This document shows, piece by piece, positions 1 through 8,629 of a stretch of 55,717 nucleotides of DNA (position 1 is its first letter; the number at the start of each line of letters is the position of its first letter). A model generated the notes under the pieces. That model was not told where the DNA came from. It saw only the letters and a list, made by a program, of their open reading frames with translations, and did not search any database. The DNA is taken from assembly GCA_046597055.1 (NCBI GenBank), contig JBKJLC010000004.1:1-55717 (forward strand), read 5' to 3'. The DNA comes from Kofleriaceae bacterium (lineage in GTDB: Bacteria > Myxococcota_A > Polyangia > Haliangiales > Haliangiaceae). Made by a program: the position numbers and the translations under genes.

Positions 1-203
1 GCCACCGTCCGGGTCCGCACCGACGAGGGCGCCGAGCGGGTCTACCGGATCGTGGGCATCGACGAGGCCGACGCCGAGCACGGCGTGATCGCGTTCGTCG
101 CCCCGCTCGCGCGCGCCTGCTCGGCAAGCAGGTCGGCGACACCGCCACGGTGCACACGCCGCGCGGCGACGACGACCTCGAGGTCGTCAGCATCGCGTAC
201 TGA
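1..203 (+). CDS. GreA/GreB-family transcription elongation factor, C-terminal part (5' end outside window; apparent 1-nt frameshift near 116)
   Basis: Frame 1 reads ATVRVRTDEGAERVYRIVGIDEADAEHGVIAFVAPLARA. Adding one C continues it as LLGKQVGDTATVHTPRGDDDLEVVSIAY*, the typical Gre C-terminal pattern. Confidence 0.85.
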   Translation, partial: HRPGPHRRGRRAGLPDRGHRRGRRRARRDRVRRPARARLLGKQVGDTATVHTPRGDDDLEVVSIAY

Positions 204-299
204 GCCGGCGCGATCAGACCTGGGGCGCGTGTGGCAAGGCGCGAAAGACCTGGCCGCCCGTCAGAACATCACAACTCGCCAGGCGATCGAAGCGCTCTC

Positions 300-1245
300 C
301 GGTTCCCGGTGTCCTCGAGCAAAGCGCGCAGCGCGCAGCGCAGAATTCGAAGGCGCTTCCCCCTTGCCGGTGCCCTGGGCGAAGTGCTCGTTGCGAGCCC
401 GGGATTGAAGGGCCAGCGGCAGACTTCGGGTTCGATCACGACCCGTCAAGCGATCGAATGCGCTCCTCCCTTCCCGGTGTCCCTGGGCGAAGCACTCGTG
501 GCGAGCGCGGCGGGGCCGGTCTCGCCGTGGGCGAGGCCGAGGTCCCGGCGCTTGCTCGATCCGGGGTCCCCGGGCGTGACGCACGCCGGTGCCATTGCCC
601 CAACCCACCGACGCAGACACCACCCGGCCGTGGAATTTACGAGCGCGCCTGGGACCTCGTCCCCGCCTCGGCTCGCCCTCCGTGCTGGCCTCGAACACCC
701 GACCCGTGCTGGACCAGATGCCTCTGTGCGACACTGCTTGCCGTGCGTCCTGAGTCCATACCCGTTCGTCCTGAGCGCAGCCCCTCGCGAAGCGCCGTGT
801 CGACGGCCGACGGCCGACCTCGGGGATGGATCACTTCTCTCGTGTGAGAGAACGCGCTTCCCGTTTCCGGTGGCCCTGAGCCGGCGCGGAGCGCCGTGTC
901 GAAGGGCAGCCGGCCGCCGGCCGCCCTCAGGATCCCGCACATCTTCCCCGGTGTCCCTGAGCCAGGGCGAGCGCACGCGAGCCCGCCGTCGAAGGGCAGC
1001 CCGTCGAAGATCACGTGCGGCACCTTGGCGCCCACCCCTTCGACACGGCGCCTGCGGCGCCGGCTCAGGGCCACCGGGAAAGGTGAGCGCTTCCGATCAC
1101 ATGACTACTTGTGATCAATCCCGAGGGCCGCCCTTCGACTCGGGCTCGCAACGAGTCCTTCGGTCGGGACACCGAGCAGCTGTGCGGGAGCCTCAGGGCT
1201 GGTCGTCCGACGCTTCGCGCCGGCATGAGCTCAGGACGAACGGAC
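300..1245. repeat. Cluster of about 9 REP-like palindromic elements in both orientations
   Basis: Recurrent core CCGGTG(T/G)CCCTGAGC...GTCGAAGGGC on + near 302, 363, 471, 761, 864 and 945. Inverted copies (CCCTTCGAC...GCTCAGG) near 1036, 1130 and 1229. No credible ORF. Confidence 0.8.
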
Positions 1246-1295
1246 GAGCAGATGATCGAAGTCGTGAGGGCCAGCACGGGTGACCGGCACTGCCA

Positions 1296-2939
1296 CTACC
1301 GCTTGGCGAACAGGCCGACCGCGTTGACCGCGAGGGCGTCGCGGCCGGCCGGAAAGACGATGTTGCGCTCGCGGTCGTGCGCCCACAGGCCGCGCTCGAG
1401 CACGAACACCCAGCGCGCCAGCGCGGCCTCGAAGTTGGCGTCGATGACGACGAAGCTGTCGGCGGTCGACGCGATCACCTGACCGGCGATCCCGTGCGGG
1501 CCCGGGTCGAGATCGAGGTAGACGACGTCGGCGTTCCAGCGCGACGTGCCCGCGATCGGGATGCGACCGAGCCGGTGCGGACCGACCTTGACGCGATCGC
1601 TGGCGGTGAGCTCGTCGCTCGCCCGCTTGCGGCCGGCGAGGCCCTGCAGCGCACCCCAGCGCTCGACGATCTGCTCGAGCGGCGCCAGCGGCGGGCAGCC
1701 GGGCAGCCACGGAAAGCTGACGGGGTTCTTGCCGGCGAACGAGTCCTGGCCATCGTGCAGCCGCAGCGACGCCCGGAAGCCGGGCGGGAACTCCAGCTTC
1801 AGCGTCTTCTCGGCGAGGCCGATGTCGCGCTCCGAGGCGCCGGGCCGGAGCGCGAGCGGCGCGCCGCCGGCGGCGTTCACCAGCGCCTCGAGCCGTGGCC
1901 ACAGCTCGGCGATCTGGACGGCGACGTCGACCGGCGGTGCCACCGGCGCGACCGGGGCCCGGGCGACCGCCAGGGCGGGGCGGCGGACCGAGACCAGGGG
2001 CGGCACCGTCGGCACGGACGACCGGGTCGGGACCGGACGGCTGGGATGGACGATCTCGGCCGTGGACGGATCCGGCGTGAGCGGCCGCGCGACCGCGGCT
2101 CGGATCAGCGGCTGGACCGAGGACGACCGGGCCGCATCGGCGGGAACCGGCCGGGCGGGCGCAGGAGCGGGCGTCGGCGGCATCGCCGGCTCCACGGCCG
2201 CGGGGCTCGGTGCGGCCGGGGCCGGCGGGGCGGCGCTCGGCGGGGCGGCCTTCACGACCGTCAGGTGCGGCGGTGCTTTTGCGACCGGCGGCGTCGCGGC
2301 CGGCTTCTCGACGGGCGCCGCGGGCTGCTCCGCCCGCCGCGGCGCGGACGCCGGCTCGCTCGGCGCAGCGGGGACGGCCGGCGTGGGGTCGACGACGGGC
2401 GCGGTCCGGACGACCGGCGCGACCACGACCGACGGACCTGCCTTCTTGCTGGGCTGCGACGGCGCCCTGGGCTCGGGCTGCGCCGCCGGCATCTTGCCGG
2501 GCTCCGCCGCGGCCTGCTTGCTGGGCCGCGACGACGCGGCCCTCGCGCTCGGCGTGGGCGTCGCCGGCTTCGCCGCGGAAGACGGGGCGCCCTTCGCGAC
2601 GGTCGCGACGGGCTTCGCCTTGTCGGGCGGCTTCGAGCCGGGCTTCGCGGGGGCGACCGCCTTCGCCGTCGCCGATCCAGCCGCGGCCTTCGTCGCCGGC
2701 TTCGGCTTCGACGTCACCACGGCAGGCTTGGACTTCACCGCCGACTTCGCGCCTGCCTTTGCGGGCAGAGCCTTTGCGGGCACGGCCTTCGCCGCCGGCT
2801 TCGGCTTGACGGACGGCTTGGCCGTCGGCTTCTTCATCGGTGGCACTGGCTTTCTCGCTCCGGCCTTGGCGGCCGGCTCACGCGCCGTCTTCGGCGCGGT
2901 CGTGGCGTTGGGCGGGCGGGTCGTCGTCTTCGCGGCCAC
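1296..2939 (-). CDS. SMI1/KNR4-family protein with long Lys/Ala/Pro-rich N-terminal region
   Basis: C-terminal LRPGASERDIGLAEKTLKLEFPPGFRASLRLHDGQ ... VYLDLDPGPHGIAGQVI matches SMI1/KNR4. N-terminus is rich in KP/AK repeats. Confidence 0.85.
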   Translation of the reverse strand: MAAKTTTRPPNATTAPKTAREPAAKAGARKPVPPMKKPTAKPSVKPKPAAKAVPAKALPAKAGAKSAVKSKPAVVTSKPKPATKAAAGSATAKAVAPAKPGSKPPDKAKPVATVAKGAPSSAAKPATPTPSARAASSRPSKQAAAEPGKMPAAQPEPRAPSQPSKKAGPSVVVAPVVRTAPVVDPTPAVPAAPSEPASAPRRAEQPAAPVEKPAATPPVAKAPPHLTVVKAAPPSAAPPAPAAPSPAAVEPAMPPTPAPAPARPVPADAARSSSVQPLIRAAVARPLTPDPSTAEIVHPSRPVPTRSSVPTVPPLVSVRRPALAVARAPVAPVAPPVDVAVQIAELWPRLEALVNAAGGAPLALRPGASERDIGLAEKTLKLEFPPGFRASLRLHDGQDSFAGKNPVSFPWLPGCPPLAPLEQIVERWGALQGLAGRKRASDELTASDRVKVGPHRLGRIPIAGTSRWNADVVYLDLDPGPHGIAGQVIASTADSFVVIDANFEAALARWVFVLERGLWAHDRERNIVFPAGRDALAVNAVGLFAKR

Positions 2940-2980
2940 GGGCGGACGTTACCAGACTCCGTTGGTGGCAACCGTGGGCT

Positions 2981-3913
2981 TCAGACGGTCTCGTGAGCGT
3001 CGTCGGACGCCGGACCGTTGTTGAGGTGCACCACGAGCACGTTGCACGGCGCGTCTCGCACGACCTCTTCGGCCACGCTGCCGAGCAGCAGGCGCGCCGC
3101 GCCCGACCGGCCGTGGGTGCCGACGATGATCAGGTCGGCGGCGATCTCGCGCGCGACCTCGAGGATCTTCCCCGCCGGCGAGGCGATCTCGACGCGCATT
3201 GAGGCCCGCTCGAGCCCCGCCTCGGTCGCCGCGCGCAGCAGGTGCGCCGACGCCGAGTTCACCAGGTCGTGAGTGGGCGCGACCAGGACGGTCGGCACGT
3301 CGACCGGCGCCACCAGCGCCATCGGCTCCAGGCAATGCATGACCGTGACCTGACCGCCGGCGCGCTTGATCTCCTCCGACGCGGCGCGCAGCACCGGGAA
3401 TGCCGGATCGTCGATCGACGTCGCCGCCAGGATGCGACCGGTGCACGGCGTGTAGCGGGTCACCAGGATCGGACACGACGTGCCGCGCACGACCGCCGTC
3501 GGCACCTTCGGCCAGAACAGCCGGGCCAGGATCCCCTCCGGCTGATGGGCCTCGCCGATGACGACGAGCGAGGTCTCGCGCTCGGCGATGCACGCGAGGA
3601 TCTCGTCGGCGCGATCGCCGACCCGGATGTCGACGTCGACGGCGGCATCCGCCGGCAGGTGGGTGCGGATGCGGGCAGCCAGGCGCTCGTAAGCGCCGGG
3701 GCGCTGCTCCTCTTCCTCGACCACCGAGCAGATGGTGAGCTCGATGCCAAGCGACTTGGCCCGGGTCCAGCCGATCTGGAGGACGTTGTCGTTCTCGTCG
3801 GGTGGCACCGCGACCAGCACGCGGGGCCCGGTGCCGCGCTTGATCGACCAGGGCTCCCGCGACTCGTCGCGACCGGTCGCGCCCGTTGCGGGATCGATTT
3901 CTGGCGTCATCAT
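2981..3913 (-). CDS. Universal stress protein (tandem USP domains)
   Basis: ADLIIVGTHGRSGAARLLLGSVAEEVVRDAPCNVLVV plus a degenerate N-terminal USP domain. Confidence 0.9.
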   Translation of the reverse strand: MMTPEIDPATGATGRDESREPWSIKRGTGPRVLVAVPPDENDNVLQIGWTRAKSLGIELTICSVVEEEEQRPGAYERLAARIRTHLPADAAVDVDIRVGDRADEILACIAERETSLVVIGEAHQPEGILARLFWPKVPTAVVRGTSCPILVTRYTPCTGRILAATSIDDPAFPVLRAASEEIKRAGGQVTVMHCLEPMALVAPVDVPTVLVAPTHDLVNSASAHLLRAATEAGLERASMRVEIASPAGKILEVAREIAADLIIVGTHGRSGAARLLLGSVAEEVVRDAPCNVLVVHLNNGPASDDAHETV

Positions 3914-3925
3914 GAGCCGGGGGTA

Positions 3926-3941
3926 GGCATCAGTCGTGCCA
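3926..3941 (-). promoter_or_regulatory. Sigma54 -24/-12 promoter of the USP gene
   Basis: Minus strand TGGCACGACTGATGCC = TGGCAC(G)...TGC with exact GG-N10-GC spacing, just upstream of the ATG. Confidence 0.7.
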
Positions 3942-4065
3942 GCCGGACAAACCACCGAGATTCCTCAAATCGGTGATGTCATACAGTTTGCTTTCCGAGC
4001 GTCCACGCTCGGGTGAGCGGTGGCGCTCGACGTGCGCTCAGCGCGGCACTGATGCCCTGCGCCGG

Positions 4066-5286
4066 TCACCGCCACGAGGCGTGCCCGCGCGGCTCACCGG
4101 CGAGCACCGTGCGCGCAACCGTCAGGCCGGCCATCGCGAACGCGGTCGCCACCACCGGGTCGTCCTCGCGCATCTCGGACGACGGGTTGCGCCAGCTGCC
4201 GTCCGGGCGCTGGCGGCGCAGCAACTCGGCGGCCAGCGCGGTCGGCCAGTCGACCGGCCCGGCCGCAGTCGCGAGCTCGCGCTGGCCGAGCGCCCGCAAT
4301 GCGTGCGCGGCGGTCCACGTCCAGTAGAAATACGACGAGGCGCGGCGGACCTCGGCGATCGCGGGGAACTCACCCGGGTTACGGGCGGGATCGAAGCGCG
4401 TCGCCAGCCAGCTGGCCGCGGCGCGCACCCGGGGATCCTCGAGCGGCGCACCGAGGCGGAGCAGCGCACGCACGCCATCGGCCGTCATGGAGCCGTAGGC
4501 GCGGAAGCGCGGCCCGCCACCGTCGACGACGACCGCGCCGGCCTTGTTGCCGTCGGCGACGGCTGGCGAAAAGAAGAAGCCGCCATCGTCGGCCTGGCAG
4601 CGCTCGACGAACCCACGGGCAAGCGCGAGCGCCGGATCATCGCCGGCGACCCCGCCGAGCGCCAGCGCGCCGATCGCGAGCAGCGTGGTCGAGAGGTTCG
4701 ACGACAGCAGGTCGTCCGTGATCGGGCCGGCCGGCCGCGCGGGCCGCGCATCGAAGTAGCCCCAGCCGCCGTACGACGGATCGCCGGCGAGCCAGCCGCG
4801 TGCGGGTCCGAGCTGGCGGGCGCGCAGCTCGGTGCGGAGCACGTCGCGCGCGGCGCGGTGGCGCTCGTTGCCGGGCGCCTGGAGCACGAGCACGGCCAGC
4901 CCGTAGGCGTAGGTCGGGTAGGCGGGCGCGGGCTCGCGAAGACGGGCGCCGTCGACCAGCGTGGCGACGAAGTCGACCGCGCGCGGATAGGCGCGTGCCG
5001 CCGGATCGCCGGGCGCGAGGCCGAGCGCCAGCGCGGCCAGGCCGGTCAGCGCGTAGCCGTCGCGGAAGGCGGCGTAGGTCGGCGAGCGGATCGCGCCGTC
5101 GGCCTGCTGGCGAGAGGCGAGCATCGCGCCGCCGCGCGCGAGGGCTGCGTCGATGTTGGCGAGAGTCGGCGCGAGGTCGCGGGCCGCGGCGTCGGCGGGG
5201 GCGGCACCGTCGGCGGGACGGCTGCGCTTGCACGCGGGGGTGCCGGCGAGGAGGGCGAGGACGAGGACGAGGATCGCCGGGCGCAC
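4066..5286 (-). CDS. Lipoprotein with prenyltransferase/squalene-oxidase (alpha/alpha toroid) repeats
   Basis: Hydrophobic leader ending TPAC. QW-like repeats: QQADGAI, DPSYGGWGY, RCQADDGGFFF, RQRPDGSWRN. Confidence 0.8.
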   Translation of the reverse strand: MRPAILVLVLALLAGTPACKRSRPADGAAPADAAARDLAPTLANIDAALARGGAMLASRQQADGAIRSPTYAAFRDGYALTGLAALALGLAPGDPAARAYPRAVDFVATLVDGARLREPAPAYPTYAYGLAVLVLQAPGNERHRAARDVLRTELRARQLGPARGWLAGDPSYGGWGYFDARPARPAGPITDDLLSSNLSTTLLAIGALALGGVAGDDPALALARGFVERCQADDGGFFFSPAVADGNKAGAVVVDGGGPRFRAYGSMTADGVRALLRLGAPLEDPRVRAAASWLATRFDPARNPGEFPAIAEVRRASSYFYWTWTAAHALRALGQRELATAAGPVDWPTALAAELLRRQRPDGSWRNPSSEMREDDPVVATAFAMAGLTVARTVLAGEPRGHASWR

Positions 5287-5308
5287 GCGGGGCTGGGGCA
5301 GCGTAGCC

Positions 5309-5420
5309 GAGAGGGAGAGGGAGAGGGAGACGGAGAGGGAGACGGAGAGGGAGACGGAGAGGGAGAGGGAGAGCGAGAGGGAGAGCGAGAGGGAGAGCGA
5401 GAGGGGGAGCGAGACGGAGG
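5309..5420 (+). repeat. Purine-rich intergenic hexamer tandem repeat (GAGAGG/GAGACG/GAGAGC units)
   Basis: Directly visible array of about 18 hexamers between two co-oriented genes. Confidence 0.9.
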
Positions 5421-5427
5421 CTGGGGA

Positions 5428-6732
5428 TCAGCTCGCGATGGCGGCTTCGGGGGCCGGGGTGCGGTCACCCATCAGCACCAGGAGCGCGGCCGCGGTGCAG
5501 AACGTGCGGCCGGTGATGCAGTGATGGCCGCTCCAGCTGCCGTCCTCGTTCTGCACGCCGTCGACGAGCGCGGTGATCGCGGTGTCCCACTTGGCCCAGT
5601 CCTCGCCGCCCTTCATGACCAGCGACTCGCTGATCATCATGTACGACAGGAACTCCTCGCCGCCATTGTTGCCGAAACCGCCGCGGAACTGAGGGCTGTC
5701 GAGGTTGGTGATCAGCGCGGCCTCGACATCGGAGGCGGCCGCATCGCTGGCGGCGGCGCGGCCTTCCGCGCGCGCGATCTCGGCCTTGGTCGGGGCGTCG
5801 GGGCTCTTGAGCTCCTTGCCCGCCGCCTTGGCGGCCTGGGCCTTCATCTTGCGGGCCTGGTCCTGGCGGGTATTGGCCGACTCGCGGGCCGCCGAGGTCG
5901 CGGCCGCGCCGCCGTACAGCCCGATGCCGGCGGCGCCGTCGGCGGAGAAGCTGCCGGTGCCGACGTTGACCTGGCTGTGAGCCTGCGCCTCGAGCCGGTC
6001 GATCACTGCCTCCGAGACCTGGATCCCGTTCTGCGCGGCGCGGTTCATGCCCTTGGCCGCGAGCGCCTGCGACAGCACCGGCGCCCAGCCCTCGCCGTCC
6101 CAGGTGCCGTCGCTACGCTGGTTGGTCTCGATCTTCTTCACGATCTTGCGCAGCGCCTGGTCGAGCCGCGCGTTGGCGACCCCGTCGCGCATCGTGCCGC
6201 GTGCCTCGGACAGCACCAGCAGCGCGGCGAAGGTGTCGGCGTACGGGCCGATCTTCGCCTGCACGCGGGTGCCGGTGACCGCGCTCACCGCGAGCGACGT
6301 GTCGTCGGAGGCCTCGACCTCCGCCAGGACGTAGGCGAGGCCGCGTTGCACCGCGTCGCGGTGCGCGCCGTGGTTGGCGTCGTGGCCGGCCCGCAAGAAC
6401 GCGAGCAGCGCCATCGACGTGTCGGCGACGTTGCTGGCGCCAGCCATCCCCTTCATCTGAGCGCCCATGCCCTCGGCCTCGTCGCCCTGCCCCCAGCCGC
6501 CGCTGGCCAGCTGGTGACGGACCAGCCAGGTCAGGCCTTCGTCGATCGTCTTCGACAGGGGCTTGGGCGTGCCTCGGGTCCGGCGCTTCGCCACCTGGAT
6601 CGGATCGCCGGGGCCCGCCGGCTTCGCGATCGGGCCGCGGCCGGGGTCGCGCGGGCTCGACCCGCATCCCATCGGGCCAGCAGCAAACGTGGTGAGAGCG
6701 AAAAGAGCGGCAAACGAGCGAGACCAGATCAT
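5428..6732 (-). CDS. Lipoprotein with prenyltransferase/squalene-oxidase repeats
   Basis: GGAGG RBS before ATG at 6732; leader ending MGC. Repeats HQLASGGWG, NQRSDGTW, QNEDGSWSGHHCITGRTFCT. Confidence 0.85.
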   Translation of the reverse strand: MIWSRSFAALFALTTFAAGPMGCGSSPRDPGRGPIAKPAGPGDPIQVAKRRTRGTPKPLSKTIDEGLTWLVRHQLASGGWGQGDEAEGMGAQMKGMAGASNVADTSMALLAFLRAGHDANHGAHRDAVQRGLAYVLAEVEASDDTSLAVSAVTGTRVQAKIGPYADTFAALLVLSEARGTMRDGVANARLDQALRKIVKKIETNQRSDGTWDGEGWAPVLSQALAAKGMNRAAQNGIQVSEAVIDRLEAQAHSQVNVGTGSFSADGAAGIGLYGGAAATSAARESANTRQDQARKMKAQAAKAAGKELKSPDAPTKAEIARAEGRAAASDAAASDVEAALITNLDSPQFRGGFGNNGGEEFLSYMMISESLVMKGGEDWAKWDTAITALVDGVQNEDGSWSGHHCITGRTFCTAAALLVLMGDRTPAPEAAIAS

Positions 6733-6941
6733 GGGAGACCTCCGACCGCTTCCAACGTCGGCCACCGCCGCACGATCTATCGTTCGCTGACGCGGGCGCT
6801 GCGGCGGCATCACCCCACCGGGGTCACGGCGGACGCGCGCGGGCGAGGTGTCCGGGGCGCAGATGCTGGCTCAGTGTGAGGATCGGTTGGTCGTGGGCTT
6901 GGGTATGGCCCGGTTGCCGACGCAGACTGGCCGGAGCACTC

Positions 6942-8339
6942 ATGATGATCCGGTCTTCCCTGTCCCTGCTCGCGAGCGCCGTCCTCGCCGTGGCCACCTC
7001 GCTCGGCGCCTGCGCCGCGGGTGCGCCGCCCGGCTTCTCCACCGGCGACTCCTGGGCATTTCCGCTGGTCGGCCCGCTCGAGAACGGCGCCCTGTTCACA
7101 CCGGTGATGGTGAACGACAAGGGTCCTTACCTGTTCCTGATCGATCCCGATGCCTCGGTGTCGTCGTTCGATGCCGACCTTGCCAAGGAGCTCGGCCTGA
7201 TGACCATGCTCGGTCCGCGCCTGCTCGACGAGCGGGACACCTACCGCCCGAGCGTGCTGGCCGAGGTCCCGTCGATGACGATCGGCACGCTGACGGTGAA
7301 GGGCAAGATCGTCACGCTCCACCCGGTCGGGACCTACTTCACCGAGGGTCGCGCGATCCGCGGCGTGGTCGGTCGCGACGTGCTCGCCGACTCGCTGGTG
7401 TTCGGCTTCGATCGCGACGCCGGCATGGCCTACCTCGCGACCCGCGGGGTGTTCTCGCCGCCGGTCGGCACGATCTCGTTCGGCTACCGCGAGGAGGTGC
7501 TGAACAAGGAGGTGCGCCAGGACCCGACCCAGGGCGGCCCGACCGGCGCCGTGCCGCGGCGGTTGGCGAAGGCGTCGATCAACGGCCACATGGCCGCGCT
7601 CCATCTCGATCTCGGCGCGGTGCCGAGCCAGCTCCGCGCCGGGCGCTGGCAAGCGGCGAAGCTGGCGCCGGTGCCGTTCAAGATCCAGCTCGTCGACGAG
7701 GTGGGGACCACCCGCGACATCGACAAGGCCGGCATCGCCAACCAGGTCAGCGTCGGCGCCGCGTCAGCGATGGGGCTGACCATGGTGCCGTTCACCGACA
7801 CCCGCTGGGACGAAGCGGACATCGACGGCTCGCTCGGCCTCGACTTCTTCGCGCCCTTCGTCGTGTGGGCCGACTGGCACGCCAGGACGTTCCACCTGGT
7901 GCCGCGCGACGGTCAGGACGACCGCCTCGCGCAGCGCCTGGCGCGGTGGGCAGCGCCCGAGCTGGAGACCTGCCAGGTCCCTGCCTGCACCCGCGCCCGC
8001 CTGCTCGCGCCCAAGCGCACCGCGCCGGTCGTCGAGGGCGCCGCGCCGGCCGCCGAGGGCGCCGCCCCAGCCGAGGCCGCGCCCCCCGAGCTCGAGGTCG
8101 TGCGCGAGGAGGCCACCGTGGACCTCGCGTTCGAGGCCCTGCTCGAGGCGATCAACAGCGACGGTCAGCCGCTCGGCATGCCGCGGCTGGTCGCGACCTT
8201 CCCGCGCGGGGTCACCACCATCACCCAGCGCCTGGCGCCGGGCTTCGCGGGTGCCAAGTTCCGCGTGCTCGACGTCAGCCCGTTCGTGCGCGGGTGCCCG
8301 GCCGGCAAGCCCGGCTGCGTCTTCGAGCTGCAGCGCTGA
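6942..8339 (+). CDS. Lipoprotein with two retropepsin-like (aspartyl protease fold) domains
   Basis: LGAC lipobox. PVMVNDKGPYLFLIDPDAS...GVVGRDVL and ASINGHMAALHLDLGA...DGSLGLDFF patterns. GGAG RBS. Confidence 0.75.
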   Translation: MMIRSSLSLLASAVLAVATSLGACAAGAPPGFSTGDSWAFPLVGPLENGALFTPVMVNDKGPYLFLIDPDASVSSFDADLAKELGLMTMLGPRLLDERDTYRPSVLAEVPSMTIGTLTVKGKIVTLHPVGTYFTEGRAIRGVVGRDVLADSLVFGFDRDAGMAYLATRGVFSPPVGTISFGYREEVLNKEVRQDPTQGGPTGAVPRRLAKASINGHMAALHLDLGAVPSQLRAGRWQAAKLAPVPFKIQLVDEVGTTRDIDKAGIANQVSVGAASAMGLTMVPFTDTRWDEADIDGSLGLDFFAPFVVWADWHARTFHLVPRDGQDDRLAQRLARWAAPELETCQVPACTRARLLAPKRTAPVVEGAAPAAEGAAPAEAAPPELEVVREEATVDLAFEALLEAINSDGQPLGMPRLVATFPRGVTTITQRLAPGFAGAKFRVLDVSPFVRGCPAGKPGCVFELQR

Positions 8340-8386
8340 CGCCCACGGCCCCTGTGCCCGGGGGCGCCATGCGGTAGCTTGGCGGC

Positions 8387-8608
8387 ATGGACGAGCACCG
8401 CTGCCCCCGTTGCGGCAGCTACGTAGCGCAGAAGACCGAGAACGCCTTTGCCGACGTCACGCTGGTCGAGATGGCGTGCGACAGCTGCAAGCTCGAGGAG
8501 GAGCGGCGCTCCGACGCGCCCGACTTCGCCGCGTTCGTCGAGCGCTGGCGCGGTCGCCTGGTGATCCCGATCTACGACTACGACGACGACCTGGTCGACG
8601 TCGACTGA
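8387..8608 (+). CDS. Small zinc-ribbon protein
   Basis: CPRC ... CDSC pair in a 73-aa ORF with high-GC3 codon usage. Confidence 0.65.
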   Translation: MDEHRCPRCGSYVAQKTENAFADVTLVEMACDSCKLEEERRSDAPDFAAFVERWRGRLVIPIYDYDDDLVDVD

Positions 8609-8629
8609 GCCAGGCGAGGCGAGGCGGCG

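Noticed and set aside
231..1283. 350-aa ORF and other ORFs over the first kilobase
   Set aside because: They are translations of the palindromic repeat field (recurring FPVSLS/PFVLS) with Arg/Pro-rich non-coding composition.
3973..6879. 968-aa + strand ORF and many similar long overlapping ORFs
   Set aside because: Stop-poor antisense or alternative frames typical of high-GC DNA, lying over motif-bearing genes.
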